Shown here in pieces: positions 25,820 through 37,773 of a stretch of DNA of 64,000 nucleotides (position 1 is its first letter; the number at the start of each line of letters is the position of its first letter). Origin of the DNA: Marsupella aquatica. Taxonomy: Eukaryota > Plantae > Marchantiophyta. The notes beneath the pieces are model-generated. The model saw nothing but the letters and a program-made list of their open reading frames with translations, did no database searches and was not told where the DNA came from. The translations under genes were made by a program, and so were the position numbers. Location: NCBI GenBank assembly GCA_973895155.1, contig OZ316894.1, forward strand, positions 21,857,867-21,921,866, read 5' to 3'.

Positions 25820-26240
25820 TGTTGGGTATTTACTCTTACGTCTAGGTTAGGTATGACGTGGTTGGTACAACAACGTGGGTTGGTACAACTACGTGGTTAG
25901 GTACAACTACGTGATTAGGTACAACTATGTGGTTAGGTACAACTACATGATTAGGTACAACTATGTGGTTAGGTACAACTAAGTTGCACACTATATCATA
26001 AGAGGCATGTGTGCTTGGAGAGGTAGAACCAAGGCTCATTGTTATGGAGCCACTTGAGAGATAGGGAGAGCTTACACTGTGGAGACTCGGTATAGCCGAC
26101 GGGCTTAGAGTTCAGTAAAGCTCTCTTGTGTGTTCCCGTGGACGTAGCCTCAAGGAGGTGAACCACGTATCTCTTGTGTCGACTATTGTGCGTTGGATGG
26201 TTCATGGGCTTGCCGTTGCGATCGTCGTCTATGCTCAACA
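25820..26240 (+). repeat. 5' LTR with 18-bp tandem repeats in U3
   Basis: About 7 copies of ggtacaactacgtggtta in ~25860-25980. Confidence 0.97.
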
Positions 26241-27394
26241 ATTGGTATCAGAGCATGCTTGGGAGGTGACGTGTGTTCGTGACGGGATTTCATGACGGTT
26301 TTTCCAGCGTTGAGTGTTGGTGGATTTTCCAGAGTTCCATCGCATGGAACTTGGAGTTTATGGGCTCAACGGATAGATCAGGGCAAGAGCTTTCTAACGG
26401 TGTGAAGAAATCGTTGAACGGAGCTCGTGGTGCAGAGAGATCTAAGTTTTCGTCGTTCTGGATTTTGTGAAGAAAGTTGGCAATCGACTCGGAGGGAGAA
26501 GCGTCAAGTGTTTTGACTCAACGGAAAGATTGAGGCAAGACGATTGTTTTTGAGTCCGGGATTGGCTCTTTGATGCAAAGAGGAAGGCTAAGCAAAATCA
26601 ATTACCTTGTTGGACTTGGTGACGGCACCAAGTGCAATTGATCAACATTCGTTGTTGACAAGGTACCATTTTTTTCTCTTTGAAAAACTGATTCGAAATT
26701 GGCTATGGCAATTGAGAGAAATCTGTCATCTTTACCAATTTTTTTCTCCCTCGTTCTTTCCTCGTTTTGGGTGCTTCTTATATCGATCTTCATCGCCTCG
26801 GAGTCTAGTTTTCAAATCTGAAATCGGATCTTGATTTCGTCAAAACCCGAGTGAGATATCTTGCGTTTGGTGTCGAGGGGTACATTCTGCCGTGTGTATT
26901 TTCTGCGCGCGCGACCAGATTTCGACGACGAAGGGTGGTAGGGGGTTTTGGGGGTTCGAGGACACATGTCAGCCCCTCGATTGTTCTTCCAAAATTCCCA
27001 CAGGGCCTGTACAAGGGTCATAGAATATTCCAAAAAACCAGAGAGCTATTTTTTGACCGTCCGACAAAGATTTCATCCGCCGAACGGTAACTTTTTTGGT
27101 TATTTTTCGGCGAGGTCGTAGCCATTGAAGTTGGCAATGCAGCGCACCAATCACATCGCAATTCCGACAACGGGTTGTACTTGGTATTTCGGTTATTCCC
27201 TGAGGTGGTCAAAACGGGGGAGTTTCCCAAGGTTTTACCCACCTCGACCAAAATTTGAATAACTTTTCCGTCAAATTTCAATTTTGATTTTGGTTTTCAG
27301 TATTGGACTCCTAGCTTTGTGGGCTACGCGGCGGTGTTGAGTTTCGAGTTTTTTGAGAAGTTGTGAAAAACAACATTTTTTGTGACTTTCTCAT

Positions 27395-28429
27395 ATGAGT
27401 GATTCGGAGGAGTTTTTCGAAGACGTGGAACTTGAAGCACGAGGATCACCGCGGAGGTTTCAGGGGCAGAGAGAGGAGCAGGAGGAAGAGCACGTGACAC
27501 CGATACCATCACTGGTGCGGCGTGTGGTGGAGGAAGCAGTACTACTACCGGAGCTCACGGTAAAGAAGAAGATGGGGACTTTCAAGCTTGGGGGACCCAA
27601 GTATGAAGTGACAAAGTATGATGGGCGCTCTGACTACTTGCTATGGGAGAAGCAGGTGAAGGGAGTGCTTTATGCGTCAGGGATAGGCCAACTGCTGAGC
27701 CCTCGTGAAGACGATGTTGATGAGAAACAATGGGACCGCATGCAGGAGCAGGGAGTGTGGTGTGTTACACTCTATCTCATGCCTCCCATCATCAAGCAGT
27801 TAGGTGCACATAAGGATTGCATGTCCTTGTTTGCGGAATTGCAGAGCAAGTATCACCGCAAGGAGTTGTCGAACCGGCTCTACACTTCCTACAAACTGAT
27901 GAGTTTCAGGATGAAGGAATCTGGTACAAAGTTGCAAGACCATGTGGATGCTTTCAACGACATGGTCGTTGACTTGGAAAACCTTGGGGAGACTTTGAAT
28001 GATGAGACGAAGGCTCTGCAGCTTCTTAGTTCATTGCCTCCATCTTACCAGTCCCTATCACGAGTGTTGTTGCATCGTGATAGGGATACCATTTCATACA
28101 ATGACGTGGTAAGTTCTCTGCTTAGTGATGATCTTCAGCAGAAGATGCACATCACGTCACAGCCTTCATCATCTGGTGCTGCCCTCAATGTTAACCGTGG
28201 GAGGAGTATGCAGCGACCAACTGGGGACCGTAGAACCCAGTTTAGATCTAAATCCATATCTAAGTCCAAGGGTAAATCCCCTCAGAGGAGGCAGGTGACA
28301 TGTTGGAAGTGCAACCAAGTTGGACACTTCAAGCGAGACTGTAAGGGAAAGGCAGCGGAAACTTCATCGGCAAATGTGGCTAGGGCTGATGGAGAAGCTG
28401 ATTTACTCAATGATGAGTATGTTTTATGA
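27395..28429 (+). CDS. gag: Copia Gag
   Basis: KYDGRSDYLLW, UBN2-type core (LLSSLPPSY) and zinc knuckle CWKCNQVGHFKRDC. Ends YVL*. Confidence 0.95.
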   Translation: MSDSEEFFEDVELEARGSPRRFQGQREEQEEEHVTPIPSLVRRVVEEAVLLPELTVKKKMGTFKLGGPKYEVTKYDGRSDYLLWEKQVKGVLYASGIGQLLSPREDDVDEKQWDRMQEQGVWCVTLYLMPPIIKQLGAHKDCMSLFAELQSKYHRKELSNRLYTSYKLMSFRMKESGTKLQDHVDAFNDMVVDLENLGETLNDETKALQLLSSLPPSYQSLSRVLLHRDRDTISYNDVVSSLLSDDLQQKMHITSQPSSSGAALNVNRGRSMQRPTGDRRTQFRSKSISKSKGKSPQRRQVTCWKCNQVGHFKRDCKGKAAETSSANVARADGEADLLNDEYVL

Positions 28430-31400
28430 AGCGGGGGGTATGCCCTGTGCACGTCATCTAGGAGAGCAGATGATGTGTGGATTCTTGATTGTGCTTGCTC
28501 TTTTCATATTTGTTACATTCGTGAGTTTTTCAGTTCTTACTCTGTTTCAAACGGTTCAGTTCTGATGGGAAATGATCACTCCTGTCAAATTGAGGGAATT
28601 GGGTCTGTGAAGATTCAAATGTTTGATGGGGCTGTGCGCATAGTGTCCGGAGTCAGGTATGTACCTGGCATGCGTAAGAATCTGATTTCACTCGGTGTGT
28701 TGGATTCAAATGGTCATCAATGGAGCGTTATTGATGGTGAACTTCAAGTTAGGTCGGGAGAGACAGTGATTTTGAAGGGGAGTAGACAAAAGAATTTGTA
28801 TGTGTTACAGGGCAATACTGTATGTGAAGAGGCCAATGTAACCAAGTCTCACGAGGAGATGACTCAACTGTGGCATTCACGGCTAGGCCACATGAGTGAG
28901 AAGGGTTTGGCTATCTTACGGAAGAATGGACTCATTTCTGATTTGCAATCTTGTAAATTAAAGTTTTGTGAGCATTGCATTCTTGGAAAGCAGCATCGTC
29001 GTGCTTTTGGTGTTGGAACTCATCGTTCCAAAGCGGTTCTTGAGTACATACATAGTGACGTGTGGGGTCCATCCCCGACTCCCTCACACTCTGGAAAGTT
29101 GTACTATGTATCATTTATTGATGATTACTCAAGATTTGTGTGGATTTATTTCATGACGCATAAGTCTGATGTCTTGTCCATTTTTAAGAAGTGGAAGGCC
29201 CAGGTGGAGAATCAGACTGGAAACACGATCAAGTGTTTCGATACAAGGGTGAAGAGTCTGAGGTCAGACAACGGCGGGGAGTACACTTCAATGGAATTTG
29301 AAGAGTACTGTTCAGAACAGGGGATAACTCGCCATCTCACCATAGTTTATACTCCGCAGCAGAATGGTATCGTTGAGAGGCTCAATCGGACACTGTTGGA
29401 GCGGTCACGGAGTATGTTGAGCCAATCAGGTTTACCACAAGAATTTTGGGCAGAAGCTGTCAATACCGCAGCTTATTTGGTAAATCTTTCTCCTTCTAGT
29501 GCTATCAATTTCAAAACGCCGTTTGAGATGCGCTATAAGCGGCAAGCAGACTATCATGGCTTGGTAATTTTTGGAAGTGATGCATATGCTCTCACACCAA
29601 AGCAGAATAGGACCAAGTTGGATCCTACCTCCAGGAAATGTGTTTTTCTTGGGTACCAGAGTGGTGTGAAAGCCTATAGGCTATGGGATCCTATTGCCTG
29701 TAAGCTCGTTGTCAGTAGGGATGTTTCCTTCAATGAATCCAGATTATTGAAGGAGGGGGAGAATACTCAGATCTCCCGTACTGACAAAGGAAAATCTCCT
29801 ATCCCGGATCTCGTTGAGGGGGAGATTGGTTATGAGGTGCATGACCGGAGAGAAGGAGTTGCTCCAATTATGGAGCTGGTTCCTATGCCAGAGGAACCAG
29901 AGGAGTTTGTTGATGCTGGTGAGCAACAAGTGGATGCTGTTGAGCTTCAAATTGTACCAGCACACGCAGATCAACCGGAATCATCGGCTAGAAGAACATC
30001 TGGTCGCACTGTACGCGCTCCATCAAGGTATGGACAGTGGGTTGATTCATCTCAACTGCAAGAGGATGATTTTACAGCTGATGATGAGGGTGATGCGTTA
30101 ATTTTGGAAGAAGGAGAACCTTCTTCATTTCATGAGGCAAGTGCTTCAAAAGAGAAGCAGAAGTGGACTGCAGCAATGCAAACGGAGATGCAGTCACTAA
30201 AGGACAACAAAACTTGGGAGCTTGTTAAGCTGCCTAAGGGTCAGCAAGTGGTGGACAGCAAGTGGATTTACAAGCTGAAGGATAATTCCATAGGAGGTGG
30301 ATCGAAGGTCTACAAGGCTAGATTGGTAGCAAAGGGATTCACACAAGAGAAAGGTGTGGATTACAATGAGGTCTTCTCACCAGTTGCTAAGTACTCTACA
30401 ATACGACTATTGTGTGTACTTGTTGTAATGTTTGGTCTGCTCCTAGATCAGATGGATGTTGTCACAGCTTTCCTCTATGGCACATTGGAAGAGGTGATCT
30501 TCATGAGACAACCGCTAGGTTTTGTGAAGAGAGGATAGGAGGAATTGGTTTGCAGATTGCTGAAATCCTTGTATGGGTTGAAGCAGTCACCAAGACAGTG
30601 GAACAAGCGGTTTGACGATTGGATTCGGTCACAAGGTTTTCACAGAAGTGTATTTGACCCTTGTGTGTATTTGAAACCGGTGAAGAATGTTGTCTTTGGG
30701 TTCATTGTTTTAGTACTTTATGTGGATGACATGCTAATTGCAGCCAAGGATAGGTCTGAGATTGTTAAGCTCAAGGCACTGCTTAGTGCAGAGTTTAAGA
30801 TGAAGGACTTAGGGCCAGCTAAGAGGATTTTGGGTATGGAGATCACTAGGGACTTGGAGGCTGGCAAGCTATGGTTGACGCAAAGCAGTTATGCGAGGAA
30901 GGTAATTGCAAGGTTCAACATGGAGAATAGCAAGCCAGTAAGTACCCCGTTGGCTCCACACTTCAAGTTATCATCAGCGTTCTGTTCTACGGATGACACA
31001 GAGAAGGGGTTGATGTCAAAGGTTCCATATGACAAGGCAGTGGGGAGTCTCATGTATTTGATGACTTGCACTAGACCTGATCTTGCCATGGCTATGGGCA
31101 AGGTGAGCAGGTACATGTCGAATCCAGGGAAGGTACACTGGGAAGCAGTGAAGTGGATTATCAGGTACTTGAAGGGTACCGTGGATCATGGTCTTTTATT
31201 TGATGCGAATGCAAAGAATGCTAGATCATTGATTGGCTATGTAGATTCTGACTATGGACAAGATTTGGACCGAAGGAGATCAACAATAGGATACGTGTTC
31301 ACACTTGGCGGTGGATGCATAAGTTGGAGGTCTACTTTGCAGAAGTGTATTGCTCAGTCTACTACAGAAGCGGAGTATGTTGCAGCTGCGGAAGCAGCAA

Positions 31401-31702
31401 AGGAAGCGATTTGGTTGGATAGACTTATCACTGAAATGGGATTGCCACAGGGGAATGTGAAGCTCCATTGTGATAGTCAAAGTGCGCTCCACCTTGCTGT
31501 GAACCAGGTGATGGACAGCAGAGTGAAGCACATTGACGTCAGGTACCATTTTATCAGGCAGGCTGTGTCTGATAATTTGTTTGAGCTAGTCAAGATTGAT
31601 GGTAAACTCAACCCGGCTGACGCATTTACCAAAGTGATTCCTTTGGAGAGTTTCTCTAGACACCGTGACGTATTGCAGGTTTTGCAATTGCATCACAAGT
31701 AG
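28430..31702 (+). pseudogene. pol: Copia Pol (PR, IN, RT, RNase H), same frame as gag, nonsense codon at 30536-30538
   Basis: WILDCACSFH, WHSRLGH/CEHC, HSDVWGP, RSDNGGEY, YKARLVAKG, SLYGLKQ, LYVDDML, KHIDVRYHFIR. TAG inside RT. Confidence 0.95.
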
Positions 31703-31893
31703 AGTTTTCTTAAACATTCATTGTAATTACTGATATATGCTCTTCCTCATTCCTATGTATTAGGCTACGGCTTAGTTCTGGTTTGCTCTAGTTAGAGAGG
31801 GAAACCGGTTTGGTTTCTGTCCAGAACTTCCCGCTGAGGGATCATATACATTGGCAGTATTACTCTCCCCTAGACCAGAGTCAAGGGGAAGAT

Positions 31894-32314
31894 TGTTGGG
31901 TATTTACTCTTACGTCTAGGTTAGGTATGACGTGGTTGGTACAACAACGTGGGTTGGTACAACTACGTGGTTAGGTACAACTACGTGATTAGGTACAACT
32001 ATGTGGTTAGGTACAACTACGTGATTAGGTACAACTATGTGGTTAGGTACAACTAAGTTGCACACTATATCATAAGAGGCATGTGTGCTTGGAGAGGTAG
32101 AACCAAGGCTCATTGTTATGGAGCCACTTGAGAGATAGGGAGAGCTTACACTGTGGAGACTCGGTATAGCCGACGGGCTTAGAGTTCAGTAAAGCTCTCT
32201 TGTGTGTTCCCGTGGACGTAGCCTCAAGGAGGTGAACCACGTATCTCTTGTGTCGACTATTGTGCGTTGGATGGTTCATGGGCTTGCCGTTGCGATCGTC
32301 GTCTATGCTCAACA
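31894..32314 (+). repeat. 3' LTR
   Basis: Near-identical to 25820-26240. Confidence 0.97.
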
Positions 32315-32489
32315 GGAAAGCTGTATCTGGCGTTTCTTCCATTAGGTCTTTTTGAGACTCAATGTTCAAGGAGAGCGGAGGTTGGAAGAGAGCGGACAAA
32401 AATATCTGGTGGGGAAAAGCAACGCCAGGGACAGAGGCTTTGGGAGGAGCTAATGATGGCAAAGTTGAGTCAATGTCGTATTGGTTTCA

Positions 32490-33000
32490 ATTGTTCTAGG
32501 GGTTGCTATCTGGACCTTATTTGCAACTTTTAGTACATTATTTCTCTTTGTCCATTGTATGTTAGAACAAATTTTCTCATTTCTTCCATTTGTAATTAAG
32601 ATAGGCAGCAGAGTTTCATCTATATGCAATCTCCATTATTTTGCTTAGAGTCCAAATCAATCAAAATCATAAGTGAATGATTCACTCGTATTGGCTGCTG
32701 CCGGGATCCTATCAGAGCAAATGGTCATAGGGTCAATATAGAGTTACTTGGACTTGATGAGTTGGGGCATGAAGTTTTCAAATGACTCATCAGATGCTCT
32801 TGTTGTGATGACACTTTTTATAACAATGAGCACTTGACTTGGTTTGAACCAAAGTGGCAACAAGTTAGGATAGCAGCACATGTTGGAGAGGAGCAATTGC
32901 AATTCTACTTGAATTGTAGACATTGAAGTCTCCAATGACATTGTACAACAACAGTTTTGAAACGGTGTGCAAATTTGGAAAGCCTTTTTGCAATTTTCAT
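32490..33000 (+). pseudogene. Remnant of the MULE accessory TM/Cys-rich gene, lacking the hybrid-binding domain
   Basis: VLGVAIWTLFATFSTLFLFVHCMLEQI matches ALGFAIWTIFVGLSALLFFLHRMLERI. PIRANGHRVNIELLGLDELGHEVF matches PIKADGHRVNDELLGVDESGHEVF. Confidence 0.75.
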
Positions 33001-36000
33001 GTGCAATGTGCCATTTACTCCACCCAACCGGCACCCTGTTTGCAAATAACTACTTTGCTGACAAAATATAGTCGAGAATATACTGTGTAATCTGAAGATA
33101 ATGTTCACAATTTCTTCCAAAGCCACCAGTGTTGATCATTCACCCCAACCCTATCGATACGGGTGAGCAAAATACTCTCAACTTAAGGCTAAGTGTGATC
33201 TCAAGACAATATGGACATTCATTCAATTGTCTTCCAAAACCATCAGTGCCGACTATTCACCCCCTGCCCTAATGGTGAGCAAACTTGCTCTCGTTCCTAA
33301 GTGTGATCCGAAGACAATCTAGACATTGTCATCCAAAACCACTAGAATTGGGCATTCCCCTGCCTGTGCCCAAATGGCATGGGTGAGCAAAATTTGCTCT
33401 CGCTGCTAAGTGTGATCTGTGACATTGTCTTCCAAAATCAAGAGTGTCACAAGCACCACACAACGCATTGCCTTCTGACTAGTCTAACCTTAAACCTTGA
33501 AACTACTTGAGTACACAATCCATAATGTCTTTGCCAGAAACTGCATAGGTGCGCTCCTCATTGTGTGCAACATGACACGGGAAAGCATAGGGTAGGACTG
33601 CAAAGAGACATGGTAGGCAATGACAAAAAATTGTGTTATTTTTTGGTATGGAAGAATTTTGGGTACTACTAATTAAGAGAGGGTTGATTGGATAAATAAA
33701 ATTCAAATATGGTGATCAAGTAAAGTTTTTCAAGTAAGAGGTCTCTTAAGCATACACCCCACACAAATAAAATAAAACTTATGAAAAACAGTAGAAAAAA
33801 AGCACAAGAAATGGTCAAACATCCCCTTCATCCCTTTCCGTCAATTCTATTCTCCATCCATTCATTGCCAAATAATTGGGTACGGACTACCAACAATAGA
33901 AGTGATGATAGCATATCCTGTCGCTTAAAGGCAGTAAAAGGTTGACCCGTACTACATTCTTTAATGATTTCAGTTCACCAACTCTATGTCATTAATTAGA
34001 TCACCTAGTCCATTCGTTTTTCTTTAAAATAACATTTTTGGGGGCTGATTTGCAAACTACCTCCTGCAGCATTTAACTACATCAATTAACCGGCGCAGAA
34101 TTAACAGTCAGTAACGCTCACTTCTATTGGAGCCAAACATCATCACCCTTCAATCTCTGGTTGGGAACGGGAATGAGAATTCACGGCTCCCTTTTGCCCT
34201 CCTTAACTTCGGAATACATTTTTTATTCCAAAACAATAAATCCTTTCACACGCACAGGTTCTCCACACACGGTTCACAGCGAAGGGGAAGAGGCGCATCA
34301 TAGGCACTGATTGTCCTCCTTGTCCTTGGTACTCTGAAAGGCTGAAAGGCTGAAAGGCTGAATCCTCCTGCACGCGGTCAAACTTCTCCATTGAATTCCA
34401 ATTGTTTAAGATGAAAAATAAATATGTCCCTGCTCTCTTCTCTTTCCCACCAAAACGATCAGAAACGCCTTGGACCTCCCTCGATTGTACCTTTCAGTTC
34501 TTTATTGTTTTAAAACCCATTCTTTAGGGAACTGTTCTATCTTACTTATAAAGAGCGAGGGGGAAGCTAAAGTGAGTCTAGGGTTCTAGAGTGAATACTC
34601 CTAGATCGTGACTCTAAGGCCCCACCAAAAAAATCATATATTATGGATCACATGAATGATTATTTTTTATTTATTTATACTAATATTGAAAGTATGGGTT
34701 AGGGAATATATTATGTTACATTTTTATTTTCTTCTACTCAAGTTCAAAGAGCTGGTAGTAGGGGCTAGTTGCACATAATTTGCAAGGCATGTTAAACCCA
34801 CCGGCATAGACTCAGCAACTTCCCCCACTCCCTATGAGAGAAGGGAACTTTGAATCTGACTATCCCAGTGAAATAGAGTTTTAAGGGAAAAAGAATATTC
34901 GATATGCATGATAAGGTAAGCTTAAGGAAAGAAAAGTCCAATAACACAAAGCCTACTTATGGAAACTCTATTCAATACACTCAAACCATAGTGTAAGCAA
35001 ACAAGACCAAAGTTCTCTGGAAATTATAACTAGTGTTTTGAGAGTATAATTGATGGTTGGGTTGTGTCTCTCCGGGTTCTATGAATCCATCTGAGCACCT
35101 TTTCAAACTTTTCTGTCTGTCCAACAAAAGAATGCAAACTTTTTTCAGAAAGAGTCAAACAGAGTAAAAGACAAACTACCTAACGTAAATGGACCTAGGT
35201 CTTCATCAAACTTAGAAAATGTGGCAAAAGCTAATGGTCCACATCAAGTGTCCAAACTAAATTGGCAAGTGGGACAAGAATGTACTCTATGGGGGTGAGC
35301 CGCTATGGAGGCACACTAGCACCCACTCTGAGAGATCGACAATTAATAGAGGGCCCAAGCTTGAGCCTGCTGTGATGTCACCAAAATTTGTTGACAGAAG
35401 TAGGTGATCAAAAGAGATAGCAGGGTTCCAGTAAACCCATCCGGCCATGAATATCACAAGTAGTCTGCAAAAGAAACCCATGGAACAGACGATGGAGAAA
35501 CCCAGAGATCTCAAAAGCAAAGGGGAGGAAGCTTGAGCAACATAGTTGCCTCTTTAGTCGTTGCTGCTCGTGATGCTGCTGCCATTGTTACCGCTGTCAT
35601 GATGATGTGTTGGCACAAGGGTTTCCTTTCACACATAAATGGAAATGTTTGACAAGATGCTCAAGTGGTCAGGCAGAGCTATGCAAGATAAGGGCTTGTA
35701 ACAATTAAGAACATAAGAGGAATCAAGCATCACAAACTTTCAATACAATCAAGGGGGGGTGGGATAGGGGGGCAGGAGAGACTCCACTTGTCTAAACAGA
35801 TGTTACTCCTTATTTACTTCTTTCTCAATTTGATTTTTTTTGGGTTGCTTGTGAGGGAAGGGAAAGCCAAGGGAAAGCCATCAATACCTTTCAACCTGGC
35901 AGGGCAAACAAAGGAGAGGAGCAACTAAGACTGGACCGGCACAGTAGTCTAGTCAGTCGTATCATTCCTGACTACTCTACCTTCCCATTTATGGTAGGTT

Positions 36001-37590
36001 CTAGATTTTAAGGTCTCAACATTGCATTTCTACTCAGTCAACAAAAATACTTCAGAGTGATCATTAACATCATCACTGCAAAATGAAATTGCAATGGTGG
36101 ACAAGACATTCCCAGGTTGCAGGCCTGTTGCTACTGTCCTCCAAACTGACATTGAAGGTACAGCACCTTCCAGTTTTTTACAAGGCATGCAGACCCTTGC
36201 AATAATATGACACAATCATGTGGTTGATCATCTGGAAAAGCAACCTTTTCTGTACTCAGACCGAACACATCACCAGATGCATTGGTCTAGAAAACAAAAA
36301 CAGACCCAAAACAATCATGACATCAGCACTACCTTCGTGTCTTTCAGGTGTGAGTGAAACATTAAGTAATTTTTCATTCTAGAAAGTAATGCAAGGCCAG
36401 AAAATTATTTTCTCCTTTTGCAAACAAAGTATTCTCAAATTCTTCTTAAAATACATGATTAATTTTTCGAGGTCTCTGATATAATTTGATAGTAGAGCCA
36501 TGCTAAGAAAAAATTAATATTGCGCAAACAAAACGGTAGTATGGTACAGAGTTTTTTCAAACTATAAATGATCTAAGATGCCACCTCCCTGAAAAGCCTT
36601 TGGCACCTGTAGCCAAAATGGCTAGGCATGCTGTTCCTATCCGTCAATTTCTCACCTACTGTAGCCACCGACCCCATAACTAGTATCTAACGATCATCCT
36701 ATAGAGAAATATCATAATCTGAATTCAGCTTAACAAAATTAGAAAATGATTCTTACATCTCTTTTACACACATGATGACATTCGCCAAACTACTGTAGCT
36801 AAAGTAGAAAACATTAAAATTTACGTTGCGCCGGTATTACTGTTCTGGCAATCAACAGAATCTAGGTGGTGGGCCTGGAAGCCCTGGACTTAGACCCTGA
36901 AGGCACTGTTATAATCCACTGTTTAGGGGTGAAATAGATCCACGACAAACTGGTTCCTCCTGCTTCACGCGCAAACGGCATGAGTGGTCTGTCGTGGTGC
37001 ATTGCGGACCCAAAAATATATATATGGCACTCCAACGAATCCTCTTTTCCTCTACATACAAGGTCTATAAGTTATACAGGCATCGTAGGCATAGATATAG
37101 ATATGGTAATCATTGCCCTTATTGGGAGGATGACTGATCTTGCCCCTAATCATATGCCGCGGATCAGGCACAAAAGGTAGAAACTGCACTAATCAATGTA
37201 CTCATTATTATGAAGAAAATAGCATCACACTGAGGGCCATATGGACCCAGATTGCTAAATCCGACCCAGGTCTTCTTCAGTGTCCAAACCATAAGTGCAA
37301 TCTTGGATAATTGCAAGGTCTCTGTTCTTCTCTTCTGTTTTTGGCTGTTTTGCACTTTTGTGAGCACAAGGAGGGCTTCACTGAAAGACAAATATACAAG
37401 TGCAAATCCTGTGTAAGGGTCTGTTTACACTTACGGGTAAGCTCACAAATCAAACACAGAACTCTGATAAATTATTACTTTTGACGTAGAGTAACCTTTG
37501 CACTTATGACTTAGGGGAGTGCATTAATTGGGCAGGATGTACATAGAGGGAGGGAAGTCACAAGGAATCACCTTCAAGTTTTGTCGGGTA

Positions 37591-37773
37591 TATTGGACTC
37601 AGAATGGTGTATTTTTCCAGTAAATCTTGTACTCTTCTGTCATCTGGGTACAGTCTATGACGATTATGACTTATATGTGGGTTATTGGACTCAGAATGGT
37701 GTATTTTTCTAGTAAATCTTGCACCCTTCTGTCATCTAGGTACAGTCTATGATGATTATGACTTTATGTGGGT
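37591..37773. repeat. 92-bp tandem duplication
   Basis: tattggactcagaatggtgtatttt... at 37591 and 37683. Confidence 0.9.

Larger units (their letters stand above)
25820..32314 (+). mobile_element. Full-length Ty1/copia LTR retrotransposon
   Basis: 421-bp TG..CA LTRs at 25820-26240 and 31894-32314 (I see one mismatch). TSD GGAAA. tRNA-Met PBS tggtatcagagc 26243-26254. PPT aaggggaaga 31883-31892. Domain order gag-PR-IN-RT-RH. Confidence 0.98.
25460..33760 (+). mobile_element. Old internally deleted MULE related to 39131-51547, interrupted by the copia element
   Basis: Diverged TIR-like ends at 25460-25555 and 33675-33760 resemble the young MULE TIR. 32490-33450 is an inverted homolog of 45100-46400. 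No TSD found. Confidence 0.7.

Noticed and set aside
25842-26039. ORF with VVPNH repeats (also 31916-32113)
   Set aside because: Antisense translation of the 18-bp LTR repeats.
35280-37400. Possible decayed gene fragments
   Set aside because: The frames I translated were stop-ridden or had no recognisable motif.
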